Of a stretch of DNA of 64,000 nucleotides, positions 13,917-27,700 are shown in pieces. Made by a program: the position numbers and the translations under genes. The notes under the pieces were generated by a model. That model saw nothing but the letters and a program-made list of their open reading frames with translations. It made no database searches and was not told where the DNA came from. The stretch spans positions 16,430,001 through 16,494,000 of the forward strand of contig NC_135667.1 of NCBI RefSeq assembly GCF_964188315.1, written 5' to 3'. This DNA is from Podarcis muralis (lineage: Eukaryota). Position 1 is the first letter of the stretch. Each line of letters starts with the position of its first letter.

Positions 13917-14392
13917 TATTAAATAGGGAAGGGTTTTTGGGGAAAAGGGAAATGTGAAGCTGGGATTGCTGGGTTTATACAGAAGACAATAAAGCCGGCT
14001 TGTTTTGAGAGCCAAAGCAGTCAACCTCACAAGCCCTTTAGCCTCAGAGTTCAAATCCTAGTTTTGCTGTAAATATACAGGTGCCCTGAAGCATTCGCTT
14101 AAATTCTCTCATCCTCAGCCTCCAGCCTGGAGCATAAAACTAGCAATGCTGCTCTCCCTTGCAGGGCTGCTGTAAGGATCACAGTTCCCCGGGATTTCAG
14201 GGAGGGTTTTCTCTCAGCCCCACCTGGAGATGCCTAGGATTGAACCGGGAACCTTCTGCATGCCAAGCAGGTGCTCTGACAGCCACCGCTAGTCACAAAG
14301 CAGAATAGTGAGACAATCCAATAATCTGATTCAGAGCAAGCTAACTTCGTAACGTTCATTTGTGATGGTGGGTGATCACTTAGGAAACAGGC

Positions 14393-14561
14393 TATATAAA
14401 GACACTGAGGCTTTCTCTTCTTTGTATCTGACTGGGAAGGGTTTGTAAGGGAGGCAGGAGGATTCCTGGACCAGGCCCCTGCTGGCCCTGTAAGCACAAG
14501 TCACTGAGTAGTTGGAAATTTCCCAGAGCGGAGGAGGAGGAGGAGGGAACAGGAGCGACAG
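14393..14561 (+). promoter_or_regulatory. BICDL2: Putative BICDL2 TATA promoter and non-coding exon 1
   Basis: TATATAAA at 14393-14400 and a CAG|GTGAGG donor after 14561. A matching acceptor (CTCTAAC branch point, long pyrimidine tract, AG at 15001-15002) lies 9 nt before the ATG at 15012. Confidence 0.55.
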
Positions 14562-15011
14562 GTGAGGGCGTGAATGAGAGGAGGAGGAGCCAGCAGAGTG
14601 GAAAACCTCACCTGTCACAACCTCTGGGAGGGTGGAGGCAGGAATCGGGAAATAAACAGCGAAACCCAACCGGGAGTCGAAGGAAGGAGGAGGAGAAGAA
14701 GAAGAAGAAGAAGCGGAGAACCCAGGGCAAGCTTGTTGCTTCTTCCCTTCCCTCAGGAGCAGTTCAGGTTGCCTCTTCATACCTGGATACCTGGAGGAAA
14801 CGACCTACCTGCTTCTCCCCCTCCCTCAGAAGGCATCTTCTCTCATGGGAGAAACTGGGCCCCGGTGCCCTGGTTGCTGACTGCCTTTCTCCCCTTCCTC
14901 GAAGCCACAGCCCTGCCAGCGAAGGTTGGCATCCTGGCTCCCCACTTCTCCCCACTCTAACCCTCTGGATCCCGCCCCCCTTTCCCTCCTCTTTCTCCCC
15001 AGCCCCACTCC

Positions 15012-18000
15012 ATGGCAACCACCACAGCTCCCTCCATGTTCCCTGAGGAGGAGGCCGCCCTCCGGACCCCTTTCCCTCTGACCCCACCTGCCCTGGGGGA
15101 CGAGTTCTATCCCTTTGGGGGCGAGCGGCAACAGACGTTTGGGGGCGATGTGGCTGCTGGGGACGGGGACCCCGAAGAGGCGGACTTGGGGGTGCTGCTG
15201 CAGAGGAAGGAGCAGGACCTGCTGCTGGCAGCTGAGCTGGGGAAGATGCTCCTGGAGCGCAATGAGGAGCTGGAAAGGCGCTTTGAGGAACTGGCCAAGG
15301 AGCACATGGAGACCAAAGAGGTAAGGGGGCACAGCGGAGGGTGTGGTTTGGCAGGGAGAATGTCAGGCCTGGGCCGGGGATTCCCTTCTCGGTCAGAAAC
15401 CTTCCTGTGTGGCCTTGGGCCCCTCTCTTTTACTCAGCCTACCTTCAGGGTTGTTGTAAGGAGAAAATTGGATTGCTGTTGTTTCTGTCACTGCAAGTTC
15501 TCTAGAAGGAAGGTGGGGCAATACAGTGGTACCTCAGGTTAAGTACTTAATTCTTCCGGAGGTCCGTACTTAACCTGAAACTGTTCTTAACCTGAAGCAC
15601 CACTTTAGCTAATGGGGCCTCCTGCTGCCGCTGCACCCCCGGAACACGATTTCTGTTCTCATCCTGAAGCAAAGTTCTTAACCTGAAGCACTATTTCTGG
15701 ATTAGCGGAGTCTGTAACCTGAAGCGTATGTAAGCTGAGGTACCAATGTAGTGGCACCTGAGGTGGCAACAGCTGGCAGCTGTTGAACTCCAGCAGCTCT
15801 CTGCCCAAAGTAGTTCTGGCTTTCATTTTTTCTGTGGGTGTCCTGTCCTCTTTCCAAAGCAACACTGCTGCTGTTATAACATCCTTCAAAACCCAAACTT
15901 GGGGTTTCTTGACTCCTTTGCTTTACACATTGCACACTGCTGGCCGGTGTAGGAAATCTCGCATATCTCCTCTAGAGCTTGGGGACAATCCTACATGTAT
16001 GTGGGGACTGCTGTTGTGTGAACCTGCGGCAGCATGCTGTTTATTACATAGAAGCTCTTTCGTAACATGTGAACCCTAGGGACAGAGGAAGCGGACTTGT
16101 ACCAGGTTGGGCCATGGCACCTTGTAGCTCTGTGTTGCACACACTGACTGGCAGCAGCTCTCCAAAGTTTCAGTCTTCCCATTTCTACCTGCCAGGGACT
16201 GAGCCTGAGACCTTCTCTGCCAGAGATCCTTCCGTTCTCTGGATTGCTGAGAAATTCCAGAGTTCAGTTTCATCCACCTCGCTCTAAACCCGTTTCGCCT
16301 CTCAAGTAATCCCCAAGGTCCTGGCCTAGGGTGAAGTTGGCACAGGCAACCTCTGGGCATGATACTTGTGGCAGCTAGTCGAACCAGTCTGGCACAGAGC
16401 AGGAGGGCACTGAGGAGGCGAGGTGGAGTTTGTGGTGACAGAGTGGGTATAATTAGCCAGCTAGAGGAAGGAAGAACAGAGAGTGACCAAATGGAACTGA
16501 GGAGGAGGAGGAATAGAAAGCGCCCAGCATGAATCACCCACAAAGAACCTCACCCACCAGCTGTACCCTCCCGAGGCCCATATATTTCTGTGTAGCTTAC
16601 AGAAACTGGGTGGAAGGATGCCAGCCACTTGCATATATTATTTTTTATTTTTGCCTTAAGGGTGGAGGCCCAGGGTTGAAATTGGGCTGAAAAGCGAAGC
16701 CAGAAATTGTCCCAAGCTTGTTAACACGACCCTGTCATTAATACGAGTTGCCATCCATATCCGCAGCGGAATCCAAGGTGTGTCCAAATGGAAAGGAATC
16801 CATTGAAAAGCTTTCTCTTTTTTTGGGTGTAGGCACATGTCCTTGCTGTCACTGGGGGCACTTTCTCAAGCAGGACTGGCTTGCTCCAGGAGGGGAGTTT
16901 ACGCACAGGGCTTGTGGATTGTGAACATGTGAATTGCCTTGGCTTTCTGGATCAGACCAGACTGTTCTGTCTACAGTAACAATCTGCAAGAGGTCTCTGG
17001 GTTCCCTCAAGCAAGAAATGCAGGTGCCTTCCCCTAGTGCCTGGTGCCCAGAGGTAGACTGCACCTGAATACTGAAGCTCCATTTAGTTACCTTGACTAA
17101 TAGTCTTTTGCATCAAGGATCAGGGTCTGAGGTTTGAGGCCAGAGGGGTGTGGATTCCAGCAGTGGCGTAGCGTGGGTTGTCAGCACCCAGGGCAAGGCA
17201 AGTAATTTGCGCCCCCTAACCCGTGGATTTTAGCAGGGGGAAGAGAGCTGCGAGCGTGAGCGCACCCCCCCCAGATGTTGCGCCCGGTGTGGCCGGCCCC
17301 CCTGCACCCCCACGCTACGCCACTGGATTCCAGGAAGCCGTGAGCCTAGGCAACACTCTTTTCTTAAGCCTTTACTGTGTCATCTGTTCATGCATATGAC
17401 TGTAGGCGTCCTTATGTCTTATATGGATAGCCTTTGGATACTGAGGGAATTGCAGTTAAGGATTTGGATTGTCAGGTAGACAATATGCAAGAGATGAAAT
17501 AATAGTTATACTTTCCTTCATAATAGGCAGCTCGGGGGTGGGAGTGGTGGCATACAATCTTATTTGCATGTGGATGTTACAGAAGCAAATAAGCTGGAGC
17601 AGAATAGTTACCACCAGAACCAGGAGTTTCAAAAAGGTACTTGAAATCATTGGAGGGGGCCTGCAAGCTGTCTCATTCAATAACTGCCTAGGTAAATGCA
17701 GAGCTAGACAGTCTACCAGCAGTGGCTGCATCCAGTTGTTGGTCCTTTCTAAGGGACACTATTTGTGACTCACATCTTGGCTGGTGGTGGAGAGACGGTT
17801 TTGCATGGAAGGGGGGCTTCCAGTTCATTTTTATTGTTCAGCCATCACGGCATACAATGCATCACAAATATCTTCTTCTTCTTCTTCTACTTCTGGAATT
17901 TCTAATCCAGATTTATATTTTAGCCATTAGCTACAATACAGCGCTCCTGCCAACCTAGCAGTTTGAAAGCAAGTGCAAGTAGATAAATAGGTACCGCTCT

Positions 18001-20481
18001 GGCGGGAAGGTAAACGGCATTTCTGTGTGCTGCTCTGGTTTGCCAGAAGTGGCTTAGTCATGCTGGCCACATGACCCAGAAGCTGTACGCTGGCTCCCTC
18101 GGCCAATAAATTGAGATGAGCACCGCAACCCCAGAGTCAGTCATGACTGGACCTAATGGTCAGGGGTCCCTTTACCTTTACCTTACAATACAGCATATAG
18201 TTGCTGTTATGTAATTTAAAATATTGTTGCAGGCCACCCCCATCTCCAAGCCACATTCTAGGGGTTCTGTGCACTTACCCAGGGTTTGTGTTTCATTTGG
18301 GAATGAGGCACAGCGGAGACTGTAGTGTTTTTATGATATGTGGTTTATTTCCGCATATATACAACCTGAGCCTACAATGGAGGGGCCCACAGCATCAACA
18401 CCCCAAAAGGGTCCTGTTACTGCCATGGCCTTGGATTCAAGCAGAAATCAAACAGCATGTTCTCTCTCTGCTTTTTCCAACCTACAACCTTTCCCCCCTA
18501 GGTCACATCACAGCCAACCCTAAAAACTCTGGCTTTTGTCCTTCCAACTATCTTAAGAGTTGAAGGAGGGGCCCCACCCTCTCTTTGCTTTCTTAACGGC
18601 TCATCGCCTTTCATTTGTTTTCTTAATGGCTCCTCTCCCAGGTGATTACCTGAGGGCGAAACTAGCCCGGTTCAGCTTTTAACACTTGTTTGGTCCCAGA
18701 ATTTAGGGGAGTTCCGGACCCACAAACCCATATAGATATCTTTAGACTACCTTTAAGGGCCCAAGTCCTCTCGAGGTGGCTTACAAGATAAAAACAGAGT
18801 ACGGTATAGCACAATGTATTTTATAAATAAAACCAGCGATAAAGTATGAAGCAACAATCGGTCCCAAAATGTTAAACCCAGTAACAAGATATGCCTATCA
18901 ATCCAACAAGTACACTCTGTGAGAAGGCCAAAGAAAAAAGAAGTATCTTCAGAGCTTTCCAAAAAGTCCTGCACTGAAGGGGTCTGTGGGACCCCAAAAC
19001 CCCTCCAGACACCAGTTCAAGAGCTTTCCTGGGATTAGCAGAAGGAAAACAAGTAAAGCTGAGTGTCCTCTGGATAGTGACTTCAGCCAAAGTTCCGGGT
19101 AACTTTCCTTAGCCTTTTCATGCAAAAAAAGCATAGGGGACAAGATAGAACCTCGTGACACTCCAAAGTATTGGCTTTATATTGGCCAATCACCCCTCTA
19201 AAAGTAGAACACACTAAATTTCTATATCACCACTTATATAATGTGATGGCAAGCAAATAAAGGCTCAGTTAAATATATTGCTAAAGCCAGGAGAAATAAA
19301 GCGAACTTTATGAGTTACGTCAATGTTACTGCTAGCAATTAAAAATGTTGTAAAGGTAAATCAGTATTTTTAGTTCTTCAGTTTGTTTGGGAGAGATTCC
19401 CCCCTCTCCTTCCATGACCGGTGGAGCAAGGGAGGTTTTCAGTTGATGGTTACCACAAGAGCAGAAGTGAGGCTTCTCTGGTATCTTTCAAAACTTGGCT
19501 TTCTCACCAAAGATAGCATCAGCTGGCATCGAGTCAAGAAGGGTGGAGGAACCTGTCTGTTTCAAGTTCTTTCCATTTCTCATCCCTGCCACAATCTTAA
19601 ATTCAGTTCTTCTCATTTAAAAAAAAAAAAATTCAAATAAAAATTCACCTGAATTTTACATGTGACCTGAAGAAGGATTGGTTGTGAAACCACTCTGGGA
19701 ATTGTAGCTCTGTGAGGAGAACAGGGGTTCTCCAAAAAAACTCTCAGCATCCTTAACAAACTACAGTTCCCAGGATCCTTTGGGGGAAGCCGTGACTGTT
19801 TAAAGTGGTGTGATACTGCTTTAAATGTACAATTTAGCTGTGGCCACTGTGTTTTTATTGCATATGAATAATTTTATCCCTGCTTTTTGGACGCTGCCCT
19901 GGGGCCCTTGCATGAAAGGCATTTTAGAAATGTTTGCACTCAATAATGAATTCACAGCTCCCTGTTATATTTGGCCCTGACTCTTTTCTCTGGCCTCTCC
20001 CAGCGACTGGAGCAAGAGAAGCACGAACTCCGCCTGCACCTTGAATCCAGAAGTGATGAATTTGAGACTCGCGTGGCGGAGCTGGAGACTGACCTGGCCA
20101 CAGTCCGAGCCCAGCTGGGGCAGAAGCGCATGGAGCAGCAGGACACTAGCCGGGAGAGTTCGCAGGCCGTCCTGGACCTCTCGGAGCAGAACCAGCGCCT
20201 GGTGGAGCAGCTCAGTCAGGTAAGGGGAAAGGAGACGCAGCTCACAGATTCCTCAAGTCTGTGAGGGGAAGAGAGGCAAGAGGGATTGGCTGGGAAGTCG
20301 GCCGGTGCTTCCCCTTTTCCTTACCTAAGGGAAACCTGTGCTTTTTAGCATTTGTGTGACGGGCAGGAATTCCGCAGGTGTAGCTCTCGTCAACTGCTTC
20401 CTCATGCTGGGAAGTGCTGTGTCTGTTGAATTCACATAGCATGCCCTTCAACATTTCTCTGATGAAAATAGGGATGTCTAA

Positions 20482-20532
<51 letters not shown>

Positions 20533-21707
20533 AACCCCGCCCACCTGACCTCCACATGCAACTGCTGGGTGACCTTGGGCTAGTCACACTTCTCTGAAGT
20601 CTCTCAGCCTCACTCACCTCACAGAGTGTTTGTTTTGGGGGAGGAAGGGAAAGGAGATTGTTAGCTGCTTTGAAACTCCTTAAGGTAGTGATAAAGTGGG
20701 ATATCAAATCCAAACTCCTCCTCCTCCTGCTTCTGTGTTGCCCCAGTCACTCTGGGTGGCTTCCAACATATATAAAAACATAATTAAACATTAGGAAAAA
20801 AATCTTATACAGGGCTGCTTTCAGGTGTCTTCTAAAGGTTTTCTAGTTACTTATCTCCTTGGCCTGGGGGTCACATAACTCCATACCCTCCAACATTAAT
20901 CCAAAGAAAATAGGGATGTCCTTCCCGCGACGGGGTGAGCTGCCGTTGCTCGGTCCCTGCTCCTGCCAACCTAGCAGTTTGAAAGCACATGAAAGTGCAA
21001 GTAGATAAATAGGTACTGCTCCGGTGGGAAGGTAAACGGCGTTTCCGTGCGCTGCTCTGGTTTGCCAGAAGCGGCTTAGTCATGCTGGCCACATGACCCG
21101 GAAGCTGTAAGCTGGCTCCCTCAGCCAGTAAAGCGAGATGAGCACTGCAACCGCAGAGTCGTCCACGACTGGACCTAACGGTCCGGGGTCCCTTTACCTT
21201 TAAGGAAAAGCAAGACATTCCGGGATCAAATCAGAAACTGGGGCGGCTTCTTTAAATCCAGGGCTGCCCTTGAAAAATAGGGACACTTGGAGGGTCTGAC
21301 ATCGCACAGCATACCTTAGCCAACCTGGTGCCTTCTGGATATTTGGAACAGGACTTCCAAGGGAGTCATAGTTCAAGACACCTGCAGGGCACTGGGTTAG
21401 CAGATGCTAATTTGGCACTTACGTTGAATGCTTCACCCAACATGCCACTGATAAAAGCTTGGGAACAATATCACCAGTCCAGATTTATGGCTGCGGTTTG
21501 TGTGGGCGTGGTCTTGTATGCAAATTACAAATGGGGATGGGAGCCAAATATTTGTGGGGGCCTGGAATATGTTTGAGTGTGTGGGGTGGTGGTCCTGTGA
21601 AAAGCTGGGGCAGACAGGAGGCTGGATTGCCATCTTGTGTACATTCAGAAAAAAGCATGTGTCACAGTCTTACCGGGAGCTGCACAATCTCAGCAGGCAG
21701 GCAGGTG

Positions 21708-21750
<43 letters not shown>

Positions 21751-24700
21751 TGCAGATTGGGCACTTCTGCAAAACAATGACTCCCTTCCTGCAGAGATCT
21801 AGTCTGCGAGGAAGAAGTGGTCTGTCTTGGCGTTGTACGCTTCCTGCTATTGCTGATGTTCTGTGAGCAGAGAGGGGTTCTTTTGTCATTGTTTCGGAGG
21901 GGGTGAGAATATAAGGCAGCTTCCTGCTTCCATGCAAATACTAGCTCACCAGCGCCACAGAAGGAGGGACAGAGGCGCACGCCATGCTTGAACTCCGAAA
22001 ATAGAACAAGGAATTCATTGAGTCAAACAAGCCATGTGGGCTGAGATCACACTGCCATAGCATCATCACCCAGACTGGCAGGTTTCCAGGAATGTAGGAA
22101 ACTAACTGCGGGGAGGAGCTGCTAATGAGGTCAAATAAATTAGACAAACCTTACAAAGTGTTCCATTTGCTGCAAAAGTCGGATACGTGCATAATAATGA
22201 ATCCAGTTTAGACTTTTTAAACTGGTACAGTCCCCTAAAAGGATGTTCCCTTATGGGCTCTGGATTGGTCACTCTCTTGACTTTGATGATTCCTGGAACT
22301 TGTAAAACCAGTTAGGGCACCTACAGACAGGTGTTTGTGGTGGGGTGTCTGTTCCTCAGGTATGAAGGTATGCTATTTTCCCCCTATCGTCCACATGGCT
22401 TAATTGGCACCAAAGCACCTCACCCCCAACCCCCAGTTAATTTACTATTGAGCCAAGTTGTATTAATTTACAAAACCCTGAACAATTTGGGTCCAGGGTA
22501 CCTCAACTGAACTCTTTCATACCAGCCTAATGCCTGATGCAGACAGGACTAATCTGGATGGACCACTGGTCTGACTCAGCGTAAGGTAGCTTCTGGCGTT
22601 CTATTTCCTGTTGTGTGAAACAGACAAGTAACAGCACAATACTAACTATGTCTGATCAGAAGTTATTCCAATTGAAGGCAACCGAGGCTTATTCCCAGGT
22701 GTGTAGGGTTAGGAAAGCAGCCTACATTGTTCTGGAAACTGGCTCCCAGGAAACATCATCACCAAATCTGGTAGCTCTTCTTTGTTTTTAAAGGTATATT
22801 CTACGTTTCTCATACCCTCCCACACTTTGAAGCCCAAATCCCTGACTCCATCTTCCTGGACACCATCTTCCGTTTTTTATCATGAGAGCACAGCTGCCAT
22901 TTTGGTTGCTGTGATCTCGCGTGATTTTGGGCCACAGTTTCCCCTTTTAAAAAGCGCTTTTGGGGGGCACTGCACCCAAAATCATGCATTTTGGAGCAGT
23001 GCGCAATAAAAAAAGGGATGTCTCAGTTTTCCCCGGGATACTTGTGGGGTATGCTTTCTGCTGTCGTTGGCATCTAAGGCAGCTTGCAAAATACCAGAAA
23101 ACTTCATTATAATAAAATACATTTCTACAACTTCAAGGATATGTTTTCCTTTAAACTTCAGGTCTCTCATCCTCAGCACGCTCAGGGGAGCCTGGGCAGG
23201 GGAGAATATAGTGCACAGGTCACAGAGGTGTGGGGCTTTGCTGCAAACTTCATACCAGAGGAAAAAGAGCTCTTAGCCCGAAGGGAAGGCACTCTGCATA
23301 TGTTCAGTGGCATTCTCTTCTCTCATGTCACTGTATACATACCACTCAGACTGAATATTTGGTGGTGAAGGTGAATGTGCGCCATACATAGGCTCAGATG
23401 CAGATTCTACTTCATCACAGCCGAGGACTGAGGTCTAGTGCCGAAAAACAGGTTGAAGTGTCAGTTTTTTGCCAAACCAAAACCTAACACCTGTCAACCA
23501 CTCCACAGATCACACACCTGGAGCAGCGGCTGCAGGAAGAACTGGGCTTGTTACGCGGGGAGCATCGGACCTTGTCCCTTAGCAGCGCTGAACACGCGGC
23601 CCAGGCACAAAGCCTGCAGGCAGAGGTAAGACAGGAGATCTTCAAACTGGCAGATGGGGCAAGGAAGGCACTGGGGAACAGGGAAATACTACATTTCCCC
23701 CTCTAGCCCTCTTCAAGAAGCTGTCTCTGAAGCTGAGACTTGTGGCTTTACCATGGAATAAGACAATGGTGACCAAATTCCCAGTCCTTAGTTTTTGAAG
23801 TGATGCTGGGCCTTGTTGTTCACAGATGCCCTCCTCGATTTCCCACACCTGAGTCCTAGTTGTGCTGTGGCTGCTTGTGGCTACTTGGGTCACCTGAGCA
23901 AAAGGACGTTCTGCATACACTCACAGAAAGCGGGTGGCATCCAACTAAATTGACCCATTGAAAGATTCCCTCATTGCAGGGGGCTAGACTTGATGACTCT
24001 TGTGGTCCCTCCCAGCTCCACAAATCTTTTATTTTTATATCCCTTCTTTGGCAGGAAAATGCCCTGCTTACTTGGCCCAAGAGAATAGGACATAGGAACC
24101 CCCTGGGAGGTGCTAGCTCTGAACCACAACCACTTGGTGGATCTGGGAATGAAGATCTGGGGCGTAGCTCCAACCATTTTATTTGCTTTCATGCACATTC
24201 CTTTCCCCTAGAACCTTATGTTACAAGAGCGGAAGCGAGATCTGGAGAAGCAGACCCATCAGCTGCGGGAGGAGAACGAATCGATCCAGGCGCTGGTAGA
24301 CACACTGCACAACAACCTCCTCCTCCTCCGTAACGAGAGCCGAGAGAAGGAGCTGCGGGTAATTACTAAGCAAGAGGCTGAAAGAGGCTCAAGGGTGAAA
24401 ATGGGAGGCATGGGCAAGGGTGAACCCTGGAATTCTCCTCAAACCACACCCTGATGGTTTTCTACCATTTGCTTGCCCTGGTAATGCCTCTCGCTTGTCT
24501 GGATGGAGGCTAGAGAGAGATGTGTGAGTGTGAGCCGAAAAAATCCTAGTGCACAAAGGTTGACGTGGACATTCATTGCCCCACCGACTTTTGCTCCAGG
24601 CCCCTCGTCCTCCACTGGCCTGTGGCCCTCAGGAGATTGCCTAAAAAGGAAAAGCGGCTCTCTGGCTGGGGAAATTTCCTCACCCTTGGGGACAGTCAAC

Positions 24701-27700
24701 TGAAAATAAAGACGAGGGACACGTGGCTTGTGTGTAAGAGAATGAGGAAGGCGTTTTTGTGGTTAATGCAGAGAATGAGGAAGGGGAGGACTCATTGGTA
24801 GGCGCCCCTCACAGAAGCACATTGTTTTCGTGCTCCTCCGTACCCACTTCCTGTTTCTCCTCCCAAGATGCAGCAGGTTGAAGTGGAAGCTGAGGAGCTC
24901 CGGGCCTCCAACCGTCGCCTCCAGCATCAGGTCAAGGAGATGAAGGAGGAGATCCGCCTGCACGATTTGGACACTTCCGTCACCTCCATCCAGTCTGAGA
25001 TCGAAAGTAGCTTGGAGGATGCTCCTGGAGCGCCCGGAAAGGCCCCTAAGGTACGGGAGGAAGGAAGCGTGTTGGAGGGGCATCTAAGTTCACCTGTTTG
25101 TGTCCCGGGCAAAGTTTCCAATGCCAAAAGAAGATTGCTGTCCATGTGCCAATTTGGGAAATGTACACTGCTGGGCATACCTGATTCTCCACCAGTCTTT
25201 CCCACACAGCGCAAATTCAAAAATATGTATTTTTGGAAAGACTGAAGCATACTATCTTTTCTTTTTTTTTGTACTAAGTTGGGGGGAATAATGCTTGCAA
25301 TCCAGAACGAAGCTGAGTTGTTGTTTTTTAAGTGGGCGGGAGGAGGAATTCACATTTAAGTGCAAATTATATCCTCCCCCTCCACTCCAAAATGCTTAAT
25401 TAAGGATGCTGTTAGATTTATAGGTGGGGGAAGGCTGTGTTTTCGTAGCATGATAATACACGGTTTATGGGCTCAGTGGAACATGTACAGAATTACATTG
25501 CGCAATATTTTTTTAAAAAAACAAGAGTTGTAGCTAATGCTGGTTCTCCTCAAAGTAGACCCATTAAAACCGATGACTCTAAGTTAGCCATGTTCATTAA
25601 CTTGTGTTCTAGTAGGACTAGAACTGGATATAGCCCTATCCCTCTGAATACTAATTTCTGGAAACTGCAGGAGGGGAGAGAGAGGGCTCTTGTGTTCAAG
25701 TCCTGCTTATGGCTACTGTGAGCTCAGGATTTTGGACTAAATGAGCCTTTGGTCTGATCTAGTGGAGCTGTTCTTGTGTTCTTAAACAAATCTCCCACTT
25801 CACAGCTCCCTTCTAGCCAGTGATCCTTGGCTTAGCTTTATGTCCAACCTGTAGGGGTTGTGCTTTGTTGAGCCAAGAACAAACTTTGGCTTCAGACTGT
25901 GGTTTGTTTCAAGCAAAACAAACCATGAAACCTGCCCCCCCCCCTGCCCTGGTTTGGACATAGAGGTAAGCCAATAATTATGGCTTGCTGCTCCCACTCA
26001 CTGCTGAGTGGGACACCTTTATGTCTTACCACAAGTAGGGATGTAAGCACTGTTTCTTTTTCTCTCCAGTTCAACTTCCAACAAAACCCAGGTTATTCAT
26101 CTTGATGTTGGCTATGGCAGGATTTTGCATAATGGATTACATTATTGTTACGTTATTCCACACCATTCCTTTCAGGGCAAAGGAAATGCAGCACATGGGG
26201 GAAAGTGTTTTCAATTGCATATAGTTTGTGGATTGAAAACAACAGCCAATGGTCTTCACTGAATTCATTTCTGTTGTGGACATGGGATGAATGAGCAAAC
26301 ATTGGCAATTTCTGCTCCCATTTCTGCCAGAATTCTCTGACATTCCTCACTGTGACACAAGAATACAAGCAATATGTAAAGTTTATCTGATGGCTGGAAA
26401 AAGTAAAAAAAAAACTAAAAAAGAAGAAGGATTTTTTAAAAAACGCACAAATGTGTAAAAGCATTGTGTTCATGAATCAGTTCACCAGTGATTTAAGGGT
26501 ACAAACCTATGCCCACTTACCTGGGAGTAAGTCCTGTTGAATTCAGTGAGATTGAATTCAATGAATAGACGTGTATAGAACTGTGCTGCACAATGCACTT
26601 CAAAAACATTTCTCGATTCTAAATATGTACTTGGCTTCTGTTTTGCAGTGCTGCAATTAAGCTCAGTTACACTGCAATCCAGCGAACATGTGTACAATGG
26701 GACTTACTCTCAGGGAAACCTGCATAAGTTTGCAACCTTAAGTCACATGTCCAGAGTCACACAGATGGGAGGTTTGTGCTATATGAAGAATTCCCAAGAA
26801 AATATGTTCTGGGCATATGAAGACTTACTGTCCTGTATAAGCAACTGCTGTGACTCACCTTAGAGTCAGCTGCGTCTTAGTGTCATTGAGATCTCGTTGG
26901 TTTATGGGTATGTGTTTGGATTTCTTTGTCTGCTTTAGCTGATGGCCAACGGCACCTGCAATGGCTCCTGTCATACCCCCACAGTGGCAAAAAAGCCCTC
27001 AAAGAGGCTGGAAGAGGAAGGAATTGACTATGCCAAACGGGTGTCAGCTCTGAGTCACCAGGAACAGGATCTGCTGAGGCAGAAAGAAGCAGAGATCATG
27101 AAACTTCAGGATCAGGTAGTGTGTGCTGTGCTTTCCCCACCAGAGGATGCTACATTGTGGAGTGGCATGATTTTCCTTCTAAAAAGCATTTTAAAATCCC
27201 CCCCCCCCATTTTCAGATTACACTACAGTATGTAGAACTCTGCAATTTAAAGACTGAGATCGAGAGCCAGAGGCGCCTGTATCAAGAGAGCAACCGGGAC
27301 GAAGCACTGAAATTAGCCATAGTAGATCGAGATGAGGCTATAATAAAGTGAGTTGATTGCATATTTATTCTCTCTCTGTGTGTGTATAAATGTATATATG
27401 GACACACACATATGCATGCCTACTAGGCGCTGTGCCCCTGCTCACTTTGCCCCTCATCCTGCCCCACTAGCCAGTCTCCCCCATCTCTTAAATCTTGCCA
27501 AAACCACCTCCCTCCATTTATGCCTGCTTGCTTCCATCTCCCTCCATCACAGGCCCAGCAACTCTCAGAAGGCTGTCATCAGATCGCAGTGCTACCTGTT
27601 GGCAGACACGTGAACTGCCATGTGATGACAGCCTTACCTTTTTATTATATGTAAGATATATATTTATCTCTGCTGCTTTTTTGAACCACAGTACCAGCCA

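Noticed and set aside
20242-20544. Poly-Ile, poly-Asn, YI and CV repeat peptides in the ORF track
   Set aside because: Translations of (ATT)n, (AAT)n, (TA)n and (GT)n microsatellites.
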